A stretch of DNA of 64,000 bases from a virus. Its lineage: Duplodnaviria > Heunggongvirae > Uroviricota > Caudoviricetes. How positions within the stretch are numbered: the first letter of the stretch is position 1; every line of letters starts with the position of its first letter. Below the pieces are notes generated by a model, which was not told the DNA's origin, made no database searches, and saw only the letters and a program-made list of their open reading frames with translations. Position numbers and translations under genes: made by a program. Of this stretch, positions 26,667-36,537 are shown in pieces. The stretch lies in IMG/VR virus record IMGVR_UViG_3300042691_020576; one strand, 5' to 3'.

Positions 26667-27196
26667 TGTTTGATAAACTTATAGAACTTATTACCAACTG
26701 GATTGAGCAAGTCCTTCCAGTGTTTATAGTTCGTCAATATGAAATGGCCGTAGTGCTCAGGAATGGTAAGTACAAAAAAACTTACCATCCTGGCATTTAC
26801 TATAAAAGACCTTTTTTCGATGAGGTGATTACGCAGCACGTGGTGATAACTACACTCAGTCTGCCCTCCCAATCATTGTATACAAAGGATAAACAAAACA
26901 TTGTTGTAAAAGGTGTGGTAAAATACAAAATTGCTGATGTCAAAACATTCCTTTTGGAAGTGTACGATGCTCAGGATGCCATATCTGATATGACTCAGTC
27001 CATCATCAAGAATATTGTGATGGGCAAGACTCTAGACGAGTGTGTTGATTCTGAGATAGACAATACACTCAGTAAAAAAGCAAGGGTTGAAGCAAAGAAA
27101 TGGGGAGTGGATATTCAACAAGTGACACTCACAGACCTTGCTCCAATTAAATCTTTCAGGATCATAAACGATACGATTTTAAACAAACTTGATTAG
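26666..27196 (+). CDS. SPFH / band-7 (stomatin-prohibitin-HflK/C) domain protein
   Basis: FIVRQYEMAVVLRNGKYKKTYHPGIYYKRPFFDEVI...LYTKDKQNIVVKGVVKYKIADV...AKKWGVDIQQVTLTDL matches the SPFH pattern V.ere.gVv.rfGk...l.PGlhf.iPf.d.v..qevlTkDnv.v.vdavv.yri.D...WGi.v..V.i.di. Confidence 0.65.
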   Translation: MFDKLIELITNWIEQVLPVFIVRQYEMAVVLRNGKYKKTYHPGIYYKRPFFDEVITQHVVITTLSLPSQSLYTKDKQNIVVKGVVKYKIADVKTFLLEVYDAQDAISDMTQSIIKNIVMGKTLDECVDSEIDNTLSKKARVEAKKWGVDIQQVTLTDLAPIKSFRIINDTILNKLD

Positions 27197-27319
27197 AGTA
27201 AAAAATATTAATGCTATATTATCTGGCAAAAACCTCTATATAGTGTTCTAACTCTTTGCTATTCAATCGCTTTCGTATAGTTTTACTCACAATAAACCAA
27301 TAATTAAAATTAACTACAT

Positions 27320-28609
27320 ATGGCTGACAACCTTGAAACGCCATCTTTTGGCAACTTTAGTATTGAAACTACTATGGAAATGGGCCCTGGTGGAGCAGAA
27401 TTACTCAGTGATTTGCTAGCTCCTGAAACATCAACAGGTGATCCTGACAGTATTCAAAAGATTGTAAAGGAAGTAGAAGATCCTGCACCAGCACCTAAAC
27501 CTGCTGCCGCACCTGCTAAAAAACCAGCAGCTGCTGCTTCTGCAGAAGGTGATGATGATCCTCCTGCTCCTTCTGGCAAAGAACTTATCTCAAGCTTCCT
27601 TGGTGGTGATGATGATGAAGATGACACAGAGGAAGATGAAGATGATACTGCTGGTGCTAAACCTCCAGCAAAAACTGCCAAACCTGCTGATGAAGAGGCT
27701 AATGATGATGATCCCGCTACTGGTGATAATCAATTTTCTGCTCTCTCACGTGACTTATTCAAGCTAGGTGTATTCTCTAAAGATGATGATGAAGAAGATG
27801 TAGATATTTCAACCCCTGAACAGTTTCTGGAAAAATTCCAGAATGAAAAGAAGAAGGGAGCAATTGAAATGGTGAACAACTTCATCGGTCAATTTGGTGA
27901 TGATTATCAAAAAGCGTTTGAGGCCATATATGTTAAGGGAGTGGATCCAAAAGACTACTTCACAACTTACAACAACGCTGTGAACTTCGCTGAGATGGAT
28001 TTATCTCAAGAGAACAACCAAGTAACAGTTATCAGACAAGCACTGGCAGACCAAGGCTTTGAAGCTGAAGACATTGATACAGAGGTTGAGCGCCTGAAGA
28101 ATTACGGTGATCTGGAAACAGTGGCAACCAAACACCACAAAGTGTTGGTTAAGAAGGAAGCTCAGAAGCTAGCCAAAATGGAAGAGCAAGCTGAGCGAGA
28201 GCTGCAACAGAAACAAGCAATTAAAGGTCAATACATCAACAATGTTCAGCAGATCCTTCAAGAGAAGCTGAAGACAAAAGAGTTTGATGGCATTCCCATC
28301 AACCCAAAGTTGGCTAACGAACTACAAGACTTCCTGCTAGTGGACAAGTACAAGACTGCATCTGGCGAAACTCTTACAGATTTCGATAAGACCATCTTGG
28401 AATTGAAGAAGCCTGAGAACCATGCTATGAAAGTGAAGGTTGGCTTACTGCTCAAGATTTTGGAGAAAGATCCATCATTGTCCACAATTCAAAAAACAGG
28501 TGTAACGAAGAAATCTGATACACTGTTTGGAGAAGTTGCTAGACATGTAACAAAAAAGACAGGAAGCGGAAGTGCTAAGCCAGCACAAGCTAATTCATGG
28601 TTCATATAA
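27320..28609 (+). CDS. scaffolding-like protein (acidic, Ala/Pro-rich N-terminus, coiled-coil C-terminus)
   Basis: Lies between portal/SPFH and the capsid gene. Low-complexity PAPAPKPAAAPAKKPAAAASAEGDDDPP and DDDEDDTEEDEDD. C-terminal heptad-like EQAERELQQKQAIKG. Confidence 0.5.
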   Translation: MADNLETPSFGNFSIETTMEMGPGGAELLSDLLAPETSTGDPDSIQKIVKEVEDPAPAPKPAAAPAKKPAAAASAEGDDDPPAPSGKELISSFLGGDDDEDDTEEDEDDTAGAKPPAKTAKPADEEANDDDPATGDNQFSALSRDLFKLGVFSKDDDEEDVDISTPEQFLEKFQNEKKKGAIEMVNNFIGQFGDDYQKAFEAIYVKGVDPKDYFTTYNNAVNFAEMDLSQENNQVTVIRQALADQGFEAEDIDTEVERLKNYGDLETVATKHHKVLVKKEAQKLAKMEEQAERELQQKQAIKGQYINNVQQILQEKLKTKEFDGIPINPKLANELQDFLLVDKYKTASGETLTDFDKTILELKKPENHAMKVKVGLLLKILEKDPSLSTIQKTGVTKKSDTLFGEVARHVTKKTGSGSAKPAQANSWFI

Positions 28610-28635
28610 ATTTTTAATAAAAAAAGGATAACAAA

Positions 28636-30189
28636 ATGGCAATTCAAACAATCCCAGGTCTAACTGGCTTTACGTATGCTCGTGTCGCCTCTATGGACAA
28701 GCGTGCTGTAGGTAAGCTTACCGACGCTAACCACCTGGAGAGCTTCCACTCTACTGAGCCTGCTGATTACGATAAGAAAATCATCAGTCTCTATACACAG
28801 AGCTCTCTGTACAGCAATGACTTCCTTGACATGATCAACAAGAGCACGCCTTATTACATTGATAATAATAGCGATGCTTGGAAATGGCAAGTAGCTGTTC
28901 CGTACAAATTCCCTAAGATCATTGATGTTCCAAACGCTACGCTCGATCTGAGCAAGGTTGGTATTGATGGTCAAGAGTTCCAATTGGTGCTTGACACAAA
29001 CGAGTTCTCTAAGAACGCAATCGTTTCTGTAGGTAGCCGTCAATATGGTCCTCGCTTCTATGTAATCAAGGATCCAGTTCCTTGGAACATGGGCTTCTTG
29101 TACACGTTCACATTAGTAAGTGACAACCCAACTGTAGACTTCGTAAGTCCTACATTCTTGCAGGTTGGTATTGAGCTGGAACTGGTAGATGCTGCAATCG
29201 GTGAATTCGATCAGGATCTGTTAGGTCTGCCTCGTTTGGGCGAGCAAATCACTATGTTTGAATCTTTGGGTTCTGCATATGGTTTCGAGCACAAAATTAC
29301 TGAGTGGGCTGATGACAAAATGATGCGTGATGCTTCAGGTCGTCCTTTGGACATCCTGGTGTATGCACCTCAGCGTAGAAACCAGCTCCCTTTAACTCGT
29401 AACGATGTTAAGTGGGAACCATTCATCGAATTCTGGATGCGTAAGAGCATGTTGGAACTGAAGGTGAAGCGTATGATTTGGAGCAAGCCTGGTACTGTTA
29501 AGACTAACGGTAGCAAGCAAGAACTGAAGCGTACATCTGCTGGTGTTTACCACCGTATGCGTAACAACGGTAACTTGGTTCAATACAACCGTGGTGAATT
29601 CACTGCAAACCTGATTCGTTCAGTGTTCGGTGACTTGTTCTATCGTCGTGTTGATGTTAAGGACCGTCGTGTTAAAATGTACACAAACGAAGCTGGTTTT
29701 GACGTGTTCCAGCAGGCTTTGAAGAATGACGCTTTGAACAGCGGTCTTACCTTCATGGCTGATAGTGGTAACCGTTACCTGCAGGGCGAAGGTCAGCACA
29801 TCACTTATAACTTTGCATTCGATGCAATGGTTACACGTGAAACAGGCCGTGTTGAACTGATTCACCTGAAGGAACTTGACCTGCCTCAATCTAATCTGGA
29901 ATTCGGTCAGAACAAGAAGAGTACACCAGTATTTATGGTATTCGATGTGTCTCCAATGTCTGATGGTTCTATGATTAACAACATCCGCGAAGTTCGTATG
30001 AAGGGTGCACCTTCTATGACTTGGGGTTATATTGACGGTACTCGTCACCACTTAGGCTTTGCTAAGTCTCAGGGTATGAGTTCTGCAAACAAATTCCCAG
30101 GCTACGAAATCTGGATGAAGGATCGTTGCGATGTATTCATTGAAGACCTGTCTCGTACAGTGTTGATTGAAGAGATCCCACAATTCTAA
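28636..30189 (+). CDS. major capsid protein (517 aa)
   Basis: Position after the scaffold. Strongly shifted codon usage (CGT Arg, CTG Leu, GGT Gly, GAC/TTC) typical of a highly expressed structural gene. Followed by three tandem hairpins. Confidence 0.6.
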   Translation: MAIQTIPGLTGFTYARVASMDKRAVGKLTDANHLESFHSTEPADYDKKIISLYTQSSLYSNDFLDMINKSTPYYIDNNSDAWKWQVAVPYKFPKIIDVPNATLDLSKVGIDGQEFQLVLDTNEFSKNAIVSVGSRQYGPRFYVIKDPVPWNMGFLYTFTLVSDNPTVDFVSPTFLQVGIELELVDAAIGEFDQDLLGLPRLGEQITMFESLGSAYGFEHKITEWADDKMMRDASGRPLDILVYAPQRRNQLPLTRNDVKWEPFIEFWMRKSMLELKVKRMIWSKPGTVKTNGSKQELKRTSAGVYHRMRNNGNLVQYNRGEFTANLIRSVFGDLFYRRVDVKDRRVKMYTNEAGFDVFQQALKNDALNSGLTFMADSGNRYLQGEGQHITYNFAFDAMVTRETGRVELIHLKELDLPQSNLEFGQNKKSTPVFMVFDVSPMSDGSMINNIREVRMKGAPSMTWGYIDGTRHHLGFAKSQGMSSANKFPGYEIWMKDRCDVFIEDLSRTVLIEEIPQF

Positions 30190-30195
30190 GCCCCT

Positions 30196-30279
30196 CTAGG
30201 GATAGTCAATCCCTAGTTTGCTTCCTCTGGAAGCTAGTCAAATACCGAGGAGAGAATGCCCCCCACTTCAGGGTGGGGG
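30196..30279 (+). terminator. cluster of three hairpins downstream of the capsid gene
   Basis: CTAGGGAT-agtca-ATCCCTAG (30196-30216) followed by TTTG. GCTTCC-tct-GGAAGC (30220-30234). CCCCCCAC-ttcag-GGTGGGGG (about 30258-30280). Confidence 0.5.
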
Positions 30280-30379
30280 AGCTCTTCTCAAACTACAGAG
30301 TGTTGAACTTGGGTTATTTCCAGTTGCAACTCCCTTCGATGGGAAACACTCTGCGATAAAACCAAATAAAAAACTACAT

Positions 30380-31348
30380 ATGGGTAAGTTAGGCAAAATT
30401 TCGACTATTAAGAAAGAGTATCAAAACTCTCAACTTCAGACAATGCAAGGTGGTCTTGCACTGAAAGGTTTGACAAGGATTCCTGGTACAGGTGTATTCA
30501 AGTACCCCTACAAGGAGTTGGATGGTAAGTACAGAACAGGTTTAGATCCAGATGCTGCTTATATCAGAAGGATTGCTGATCCTCTTGAGAAAGAACTGGA
30601 GATTGAACGTGTTACAAAACTGAAAGCCAAGTTACAAGCTGCGCTGGGTGATATTGATTTGGGCCCTCGTTCTCAGTTCTGGAACTATGGTTTGTCAACC
30701 TCTACAGATGATGTACTCCATGTACAGCCTGTAAAGTTACTTGATGGCGATAACTACTTTGATCTTGCTGTTCCTCTTCAGGAACTTGCATTCTCTTGGT
30801 TGCGTGTTCACCCTACCATCGCTTCATCCCTGCAAGCATATGAGCGTGGTGAGTTCCCTGCAGATACACAGTTTTATGTAGCTGATGAGGAAATTGAAAA
30901 CGCAGTGTTATTCAAGAAGAAGCAGCTCATCAACAAAGCAATCATGAAGTTTGAGCAAATGACTCCTGAAAAGAGGAAGAAGGTAGCTCGTCTGTTAGGA
31001 TTGCCTGTTACAGAGGATACTAAGGAAGAAACAGTTTACAATCTTGTAGACAATATCCTGAAACAAACCGAATTCAAAAGCGGTAAGTATCAAGGTCTGA
31101 ATCCTGTTGAAGTGTTCACACGCTTTGCAGACATGAAAGATAACTTACTCCATATCAAAGACTTAGTGAAACAAGCTTTGACACATTCAATCTATAGAGC
31201 GAAACCTAACGGTAAGATCTATGAAGGTGAGTTTGAAGTAGCTAAGGATGAAGACGATTTAATTAAAATGCTGGCTGACGATGATAATCAGGACATGCTT
31301 CTGACTCTCGAAGGCAAGCTGAAATCTAAGAAATTAGCTGCAGTATGA
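30380..31348 (+). CDS. hypothetical structural protein (323 aa)
   Basis: The ORF track starts at 30218, but that stretch is occupied by terminator hairpins. The Met at 30380 has the same AACTACATATGG context as the scaffold gene start. Confidence 0.5.
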   Translation: MGKLGKISTIKKEYQNSQLQTMQGGLALKGLTRIPGTGVFKYPYKELDGKYRTGLDPDAAYIRRIADPLEKELEIERVTKLKAKLQAALGDIDLGPRSQFWNYGLSTSTDDVLHVQPVKLLDGDNYFDLAVPLQELAFSWLRVHPTIASSLQAYERGEFPADTQFYVADEEIENAVLFKKKQLINKAIMKFEQMTPEKRKKVARLLGLPVTEDTKEETVYNLVDNILKQTEFKSGKYQGLNPVEVFTRFADMKDNLLHIKDLVKQALTHSIYRAKPNGKIYEGEFEVAKDEDDLIKMLADDDNQDMLLTLEGKLKSKKLAAV

Positions 31349-32076
31349 TACCAGTAGATAGTTTATTGTACAAGATTGACCAGAAACTAAATAAGCTATC
31401 AACTAACATACATCAGCAGATAAACTTGGAAGACAAAATTCTGGCGCTCAATGAGAACCAGATCAGACTGATAAAACAAAAGGTTGATGGTTTTAGTGTG
31501 GTAAGTGGGATGGGTTTGGATGCTTTTAAGAAGCGTTACGAAGACCTGCAAAGCTTGGTTATTACGTACAACCATCAACCTCTTGAACTTAAAATAAAGA
31601 ATCCTGAACTAAATCAGTGGTTTGCTAAACTTCATGAACTTGTGCCTAAGTACATGTTCTATCTTGATAGTTACATACTGGCTGATAAGGGTAAGTGCAA
31701 AGATAGAAGGATTTGGATTAACAGAGACTTGGCCAAGCATGGTGATCTTCAGTTCATCCTGAACAATGACCATTACAAACCAAGCTTTGAGTACCAAGAA
31801 ACCTTCAATGTCTTGTCCTCAGATGAGATCAGTATTTTTACAGATGGCACATTCATACCATCAAAGATCTGCATCTCTTACATGAGATATCCTGTGTATA
31901 TTGATAAAGCAGGTTATGTAAGACTTGACGGTACAGATTCATTCGACCAAGATTGTGAACTTGAGTTGTATCTTGAGGATGAATTGGTAGACTTGACAGT
32001 ACAAAGCTTAGCAATGTACACAGAAAACTCTGCAGCCGTGCAAAGTGCACAGTTCAGAATACAAACAGGTGAGTAA
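31345..32076 (+). CDS. hypothetical structural protein (243 aa)
   Basis: ATGA overlap with the upstream gene. Confidence 0.45.
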   Translation: MIPVDSLLYKIDQKLNKLSTNIHQQINLEDKILALNENQIRLIKQKVDGFSVVSGMGLDAFKKRYEDLQSLVITYNHQPLELKIKNPELNQWFAKLHELVPKYMFYLDSYILADKGKCKDRRIWINRDLAKHGDLQFILNNDHYKPSFEYQETFNVLSSDEISIFTDGTFIPSKICISYMRYPVYIDKAGYVRLDGTDSFDQDCELELYLEDELVDLTVQSLAMYTENSAAVQSAQFRIQTGE

Positions 32077-32102
32077 TTTTTTAACATCAAAAATAAAGCA
32101 AA

Positions 32103-33272
32103 ATGGCTGATTTTTCTTTAACTACGCTCTTTGTAGTACCAGTAGGGCAAACTGCGCTCCCTAGCTCTGGATCTACACAAGACTTAACTCCTGGCCAAGT
32201 TGGTATTTTCAAGAATGATTATACCTTGGCTACAGCTGGCAACATTGCTGCTGCTCCTTACTTTTACATTGCGCAGGGCCGTCAAAACACTTATCTGCAA
32301 GGCTCTAAGCGTTCTGATAAGATCAAAGGTTGTCCTTCAGGTGCTGGTTGCAACAGCAACGTAACTGAGTGGTACAAAGTGAATGGTTGTCCTACGCCTG
32401 TAACTCAGGTTACAGATGTAGCAAACTTCAACGTAAAGTGTGGTGATGTTCTCACTGTAACTCTGCGTGCTCACTCTAGCTACCTGGACACTCTGTATTT
32501 CAACGGTTTCACTCGTTCAGTAACTGTACAAGCACCTTGTTGCGAGTGTGGTGGTGATCCTTGTGATCTGGTTGACGTACCTGCTTTGATCGACAGCATT
32601 ATTGCTAAGTTCTTGCAAAGTGCTCCTGGTAACAACCCTGACAACATCACTTTCTCTGATTTCTATCAGTTCCAGAGAATTGGTAACAACCAAAACGCTA
32701 TCTTGCGTATCACTGGTAAGCCTCTTACCAAATATGGTCAGCCTTGTGATGTGGCAGCTTTTCCTTTCGAGTATGACAGAATGTGGTTCCGTACATTCGT
32801 GTACAGTGGCCCAGCAACTACAGCTGACTTCATCGTGGCTGATGCTTGTAACATTGTAGCTGATGCTACTGTTATTCAGCGTTCTTCTTATGCGGTGGGT
32901 ACTTCTGCTGAAATTGCTCAGTTGGAAAAGAACTTCTACAGCTACCAAGCTGGTTATCTGAAGCACTTGTACAGAATGGCTGGTTATAACGAGAACTTTG
33001 AAAGCTGGGTATCTGATGGTACTACCTACGATACCTACTACATCAGGTTCAATGAGTATGACAAGGCCAATTATGTATGGGGTGACTACATCAAAGAAGA
33101 TAGCACTGTAATCATCGCTGCCCCTGCTGGTAGTGCAATTGCAACTGCTATTGAAACTGTTCTTGAAGCAGGTTTGGGTGCTGTGGCTGGTGGTAACTCT
33201 TGTATCACTACTACCTCAACTACCACAACTGTATGGCCAACTACTACTACTACATCAACTTTGATTCCGTAA
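32103..33272 (+). CDS. abundant Cys-rich structural protein with C-terminal poly-Thr tail
   Basis: Same high-expression codon signature as the capsid gene. Ends ITTTSTTTTVWPTTTTTSTLIP. Followed by a strong terminator. Confidence 0.5.
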   Translation: MADFSLTTLFVVPVGQTALPSSGSTQDLTPGQVGIFKNDYTLATAGNIAAAPYFYIAQGRQNTYLQGSKRSDKIKGCPSGAGCNSNVTEWYKVNGCPTPVTQVTDVANFNVKCGDVLTVTLRAHSSYLDTLYFNGFTRSVTVQAPCCECGGDPCDLVDVPALIDSIIAKFLQSAPGNNPDNITFSDFYQFQRIGNNQNAILRITGKPLTKYGQPCDVAAFPFEYDRMWFRTFVYSGPATTADFIVADACNIVADATVIQRSSYAVGTSAEIAQLEKNFYSYQAGYLKHLYRMAGYNENFESWVSDGTTYDTYYIRFNEYDKANYVWGDYIKEDSTVIIAAPAGSAIATAIETVLEAGLGAVAGGNSCITTTSTTTTVWPTTTTTSTLIP

Positions 33273-33300
33273 TAGTAGAAGAAACCTAGATTTATAACCT

Positions 33301-33348
33301 AAGCCAGAGGTGAGAGGATTCAAACTCAATCCTCTGGCTTAATTTTTT
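33301..33348 (+). terminator. rho-independent terminator
   Basis: AAGCCAGAGG-tgagaggattcaaactcaat-CCTCTGGCTT followed by AATTTTTT. Confidence 0.65.
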
Positions 33349-33355
33349 AAACAAC

Positions 33356-33955
33356 ATGAGTACAACAACAACGACTACCACAACAGCGTTGCCTATTCCA
33401 CTGAAGTTAGATATATTGGTGATTCCTACGTACAACACTCTTACGCTAGGTGTTGCTGATGCATCTCTCTATCCAACATTCCCTCCTGTTGTTTCTGGAG
33501 CTACAATTGAGATCAATGTTCCTAGCTTTGGTATTGTAACAAAACCATTCAATGTCAATGACTTCAATGTATACACTACAGCAAACCTGGGCATAACACC
33601 TATCGGTGTTAATCAGCCTCTTCCTGATGGCGTGTACCATTTAAAATATTCTGTTGCACCTTCTTCTGTAAACTTTGTAAAGAAATCCATCATGCGTGTA
33701 GAAAAACTGCAAGAGAAATTTGATGGAGCGTTCATGAAGCTTGATATGATGGAATGTGATAGAGCTATCAAAACACAGGCAAAAGTGGATTTGAACTCCA
33801 TCTATTTCTTTATCCAAGGTTCAATTGCTGCAGCTAACAACTGCGCTACCCAAGAAGCTATGAAACTTTACAATCAGGCAGATAGAATGCTGGACAACTT
33901 TCTTAAAAACAATTGTGGTTGTTCTGGAAACAACTATGTCGTAAACTTCTACTAG
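33356..33955 (+). CDS. structural protein with N-terminal poly-Thr (MSTTTTTTTTALP)
   Basis: Plus ORF in the late module. Confidence 0.5.
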   Translation: MSTTTTTTTTALPIPLKLDILVIPTYNTLTLGVADASLYPTFPPVVSGATIEINVPSFGIVTKPFNVNDFNVYTTANLGITPIGVNQPLPDGVYHLKYSVAPSSVNFVKKSIMRVEKLQEKFDGAFMKLDMMECDRAIKTQAKVDLNSIYFFIQGSIAAANNCATQEAMKLYNQADRMLDNFLKNNCGCSGNNYVVNFY

Positions 33956-33956
33956 T

Positions 33957-34109
33957 ATGGCAAAGTGTAAAAATTGCGGAGCTAATGTTGGGTGCGGATG
34001 TAATTTAGTTAACGGTCTTTGTGCAGCTTGTAATGGAGCTGTCAAACAAGGAAAAAACTTATTCAAACATGTTATCACCCAGGCTTACAAACTGTCCAGA
34101 ATGCTCTAA
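33957..34109 (+). CDS. possible 50-aa Cys-rich peptide
   Basis: MAKCKNCGANVGCGCNLVNGLCAACNGAV... Below the ORF-track length cut-off. Overlaps the 5' extension of 34021..34335. Confidence 0.2.
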   Translation: MAKCKNCGANVGCGCNLVNGLCAACNGAVKQGKNLFKHVITQAYKLSRML

Positions 34110-34335
34110 CATTCCATCTCTGATTGCAGAGATTGATTGTAAACTAGCAGAGCTGGCAGGTAATCTATACAACAATGTTGTATTTATGCTCAACCAACCT
34201 GTTCCTGGTGGAACAATGTTGGACCTTCTGAACTACAGAAGAATTCTTACGTACAAATACTGTAATCCTCATTACAATGCTGAGTTCACGGTAAACATGA
34301 TCGCCAGCAGAGTCAAACTCTTAAAATTCAAATAA
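34069..34335 (+). CDS. hypothetical small protein
   Basis: The ORF track gives 34021..34335. The internal Met MLSPRLTNCPECSN at 34069 is the likelier start. Confidence 0.35.
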   Translation: MLSPRLTNCPECSNIPSLIAEIDCKLAELAGNLYNNVVFMLNQPVPGGTMLDLLNYRRILTYKYCNPHYNAEFTVNMIASRVKLLKFK

Positions 34336-35412
34336 ATGGGCTGTTCAAATTGCTATAATGGTTGTGTAGAGATAACTTCTGATCAATGTATTCGCTATAC
34401 GGGTATAGATGTTCCTGTTCTTGGTATCAAGAATGGTGATTCTCTTTCCTATGTAGAACAAGCGTTGATTGAGTTTCTGACATCAACTCTTGATGGTACA
34501 GGTATCAAACTAACCATCAACCCTGCAATCATTTGTGAGATTGTAGAAAAGAACTTAGTTCAGTGTGAAGACATCACGCTGGTAAATATTATCAATGCTC
34601 TCATCGAAGCAACTTGTGAACTTGATCAAAGACTCAGTGCTGTAGAGGGAGAGATCGAAGCTTTAGAAGGATCCTACACTGTAGGTTGTCTAGAGGATGT
34701 AACTTCTTCCTCTGGAACACATGAAATCCTTCAGGCTGCAATTAACAAGATTTGTGGCTTAGAAGTATCCTTGGATGCACTTGCTTTAAATGTAGACACA
34801 AACTATGTAAAGCTAGCAGATCTTAATGATTTGATTGCTGCTTATTTAGCCTCACAAGGTGTTAGTACCAAATTCTATAATCGCATGGTTCCGTACACAG
34901 TTGTGGAATTCTATGGTGATATTGCTGGTAAGTTTGACACCACTGGTGCAGGTTTAGGTGATTGGGAGAAAATCTATCTCTGTAATGGTAACAACGGAAC
35001 CCCTGATAAAAGAGGTAGAGTTGCTGTAGGTGTTACATCTGGTATGGGTGGTGGTCCACTAAGTCCAGCTGTAGACCCAGCTGTTTCTACTAATCCATCA
35101 TATACTCTCTTAGGTACTCAAGGTTCTAATAGTGTAGTATTATCAGTGGGTCAGTTACCTAGTCACACACACTCAGCAACTTCAACTGTTACAGATCCTG
35201 GTCACAGTCACGTTGCATCAAATACATCTGGTGGTATTACTGGTGGCGGTAAGTTTGCAATGGGTAATGAATCTCCTGAAGGTAATCCCTCTGTGGATAA
35301 TGCTGTTACAGGAATAAGTGTTTCAACATCAATCAGTTCTACTGGTGGTGGTTTAGGTCACCCTAACTATCAACCTGGTATCGGTTGCTACTACATTATG
35401 TATATTCCTTAA
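34336..35412 (+). CDS. tail fiber protein with phage tail-collar domain
   Basis: IYLCNGNNGTPDKRGRVAVGV...GQLPSHTHSATSTVTDPGHSHV matches the tail-collar signature (CNG..GTPDLRGR..G then an H.H cluster). N-terminal coiled-coil-like region. Confidence 0.65.
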   Translation: MGCSNCYNGCVEITSDQCIRYTGIDVPVLGIKNGDSLSYVEQALIEFLTSTLDGTGIKLTINPAIICEIVEKNLVQCEDITLVNIINALIEATCELDQRLSAVEGEIEALEGSYTVGCLEDVTSSSGTHEILQAAINKICGLEVSLDALALNVDTNYVKLADLNDLIAAYLASQGVSTKFYNRMVPYTVVEFYGDIAGKFDTTGAGLGDWEKIYLCNGNNGTPDKRGRVAVGVTSGMGGGPLSPAVDPAVSTNPSYTLLGTQGSNSVVLSVGQLPSHTHSATSTVTDPGHSHVASNTSGGITGGGKFAMGNESPEGNPSVDNAVTGISVSTSISSTGGGLGHPNYQPGIGCYYIMYIP

Positions 35413-35436
35413 TAAGTATCTGAAAATCAACAATTT

Positions 35437-36360
35437 ATGACGGTATTGATCACGTTAACAACAGCTGGTACTGACTCAGGACCATTTAATCTCTACTCAA
35501 ATGTAGATGGATATGTATCAGCTTTTGAGACAGGAGTAAGTAAATCTGCTCTTCTGGCTGGTTATTCATCAGCTCTTGTACCAAATGGTAGTACAACAAT
35601 TAGAGTAAAATCTACAGGAGTTTGTACAAACTATATTGACATTACACTTGTAACAACAACTACTACAACTACAACTGCTGCACTTCCAACTATTTCGTTA
35701 GGTTCTCCGCTTTGTAGAAACAACAATTGTAATGATAATGCGTTCTGTAGCGTTGTTTATAACATCAATACTACAAACGCACCAGTAGGTTCTTATATCA
35801 CTGTTCAGACTGACCCGCCACCATCTGGTGCAAGTGTGTCAATTCAGGATAACAACCCTGCGTCTGGTAAATTGTACTATCAAGAGCCAAACGGTTTACA
35901 GCCTGCGGTATTCTTTACATTACAGTTGAGAGATTCTGGCGGTAGTGTAATTGCATCAAGTTCAACCAGCTTGATACGACAATCTTTCTGGCAGTTCCTG
36001 CCGCTGTGTAGTTCAATTACTACAACAACAACTACAACAACTACAGCTGCTCCTTCTCTTTCTATAAGTAGTTTATCTTACACAATTGAACAAGTTAACG
36101 TTACAGACTGTCAGGCTCAATTTACAATTACATTACTTGGAGGAAATGTAAGTCAGAACACTGATTTTGATTTCCAATACCAACTTTTCTCTACAGGCTC
36201 AACTCTGTATTTTGGAACAGTTACTATTTTGGCTGGACAGAATTCAGGAACTGCACTAGTAGGTGGTGCATCACCATCACTTTGTGAAGATGCTATCACA
36301 AGTGCGTGTGTAAACACTGTAACAGGAGATCCTGTATCTATTGGCGGATTTTCCTGTTAA
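35437..36360 (+). CDS. Thr-linker-containing structural/adhesin-like protein (307 aa)
   Basis: Two poly-Thr linkers (VTTTTTTTTAALP and SSITTTTTTTTTAAPS) separate beta-rich modules. Confidence 0.45.
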   Translation: MTVLITLTTAGTDSGPFNLYSNVDGYVSAFETGVSKSALLAGYSSALVPNGSTTIRVKSTGVCTNYIDITLVTTTTTTTTAALPTISLGSPLCRNNNCNDNAFCSVVYNINTTNAPVGSYITVQTDPPPSGASVSIQDNNPASGKLYYQEPNGLQPAVFFTLQLRDSGGSVIASSSTSLIRQSFWQFLPLCSSITTTTTTTTTAAPSLSISSLSYTIEQVNVTDCQAQFTITLLGGNVSQNTDFDFQYQLFSTGSTLYFGTVTILAGQNSGTALVGGASPSLCEDAITSACVNTVTGDPVSIGGFSC

Positions 36361-36537
36361 AATATTAAAAGCCTTGTTTGTTGGTTTTCAAGGCTTACTC
36401 CTGGGAGTTTCTACTCCTGGGAGTTTTTATTTATAACAAGATTGGTTAGAATAGATAACCAAAGTGGTTAAATTAATTTGGAAATTATCAAAAAAGCTTC
36501 GTACCTTTACTGTAATTTTAACCAAATGTAACGGTAA

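Noticed and set aside
30218-30379. 5' extension of ORF 30218..31348
   Set aside because: This segment consists of three terminator-like hairpins. The Met at 30380 in the conserved AACTACATATGG context is the real start.
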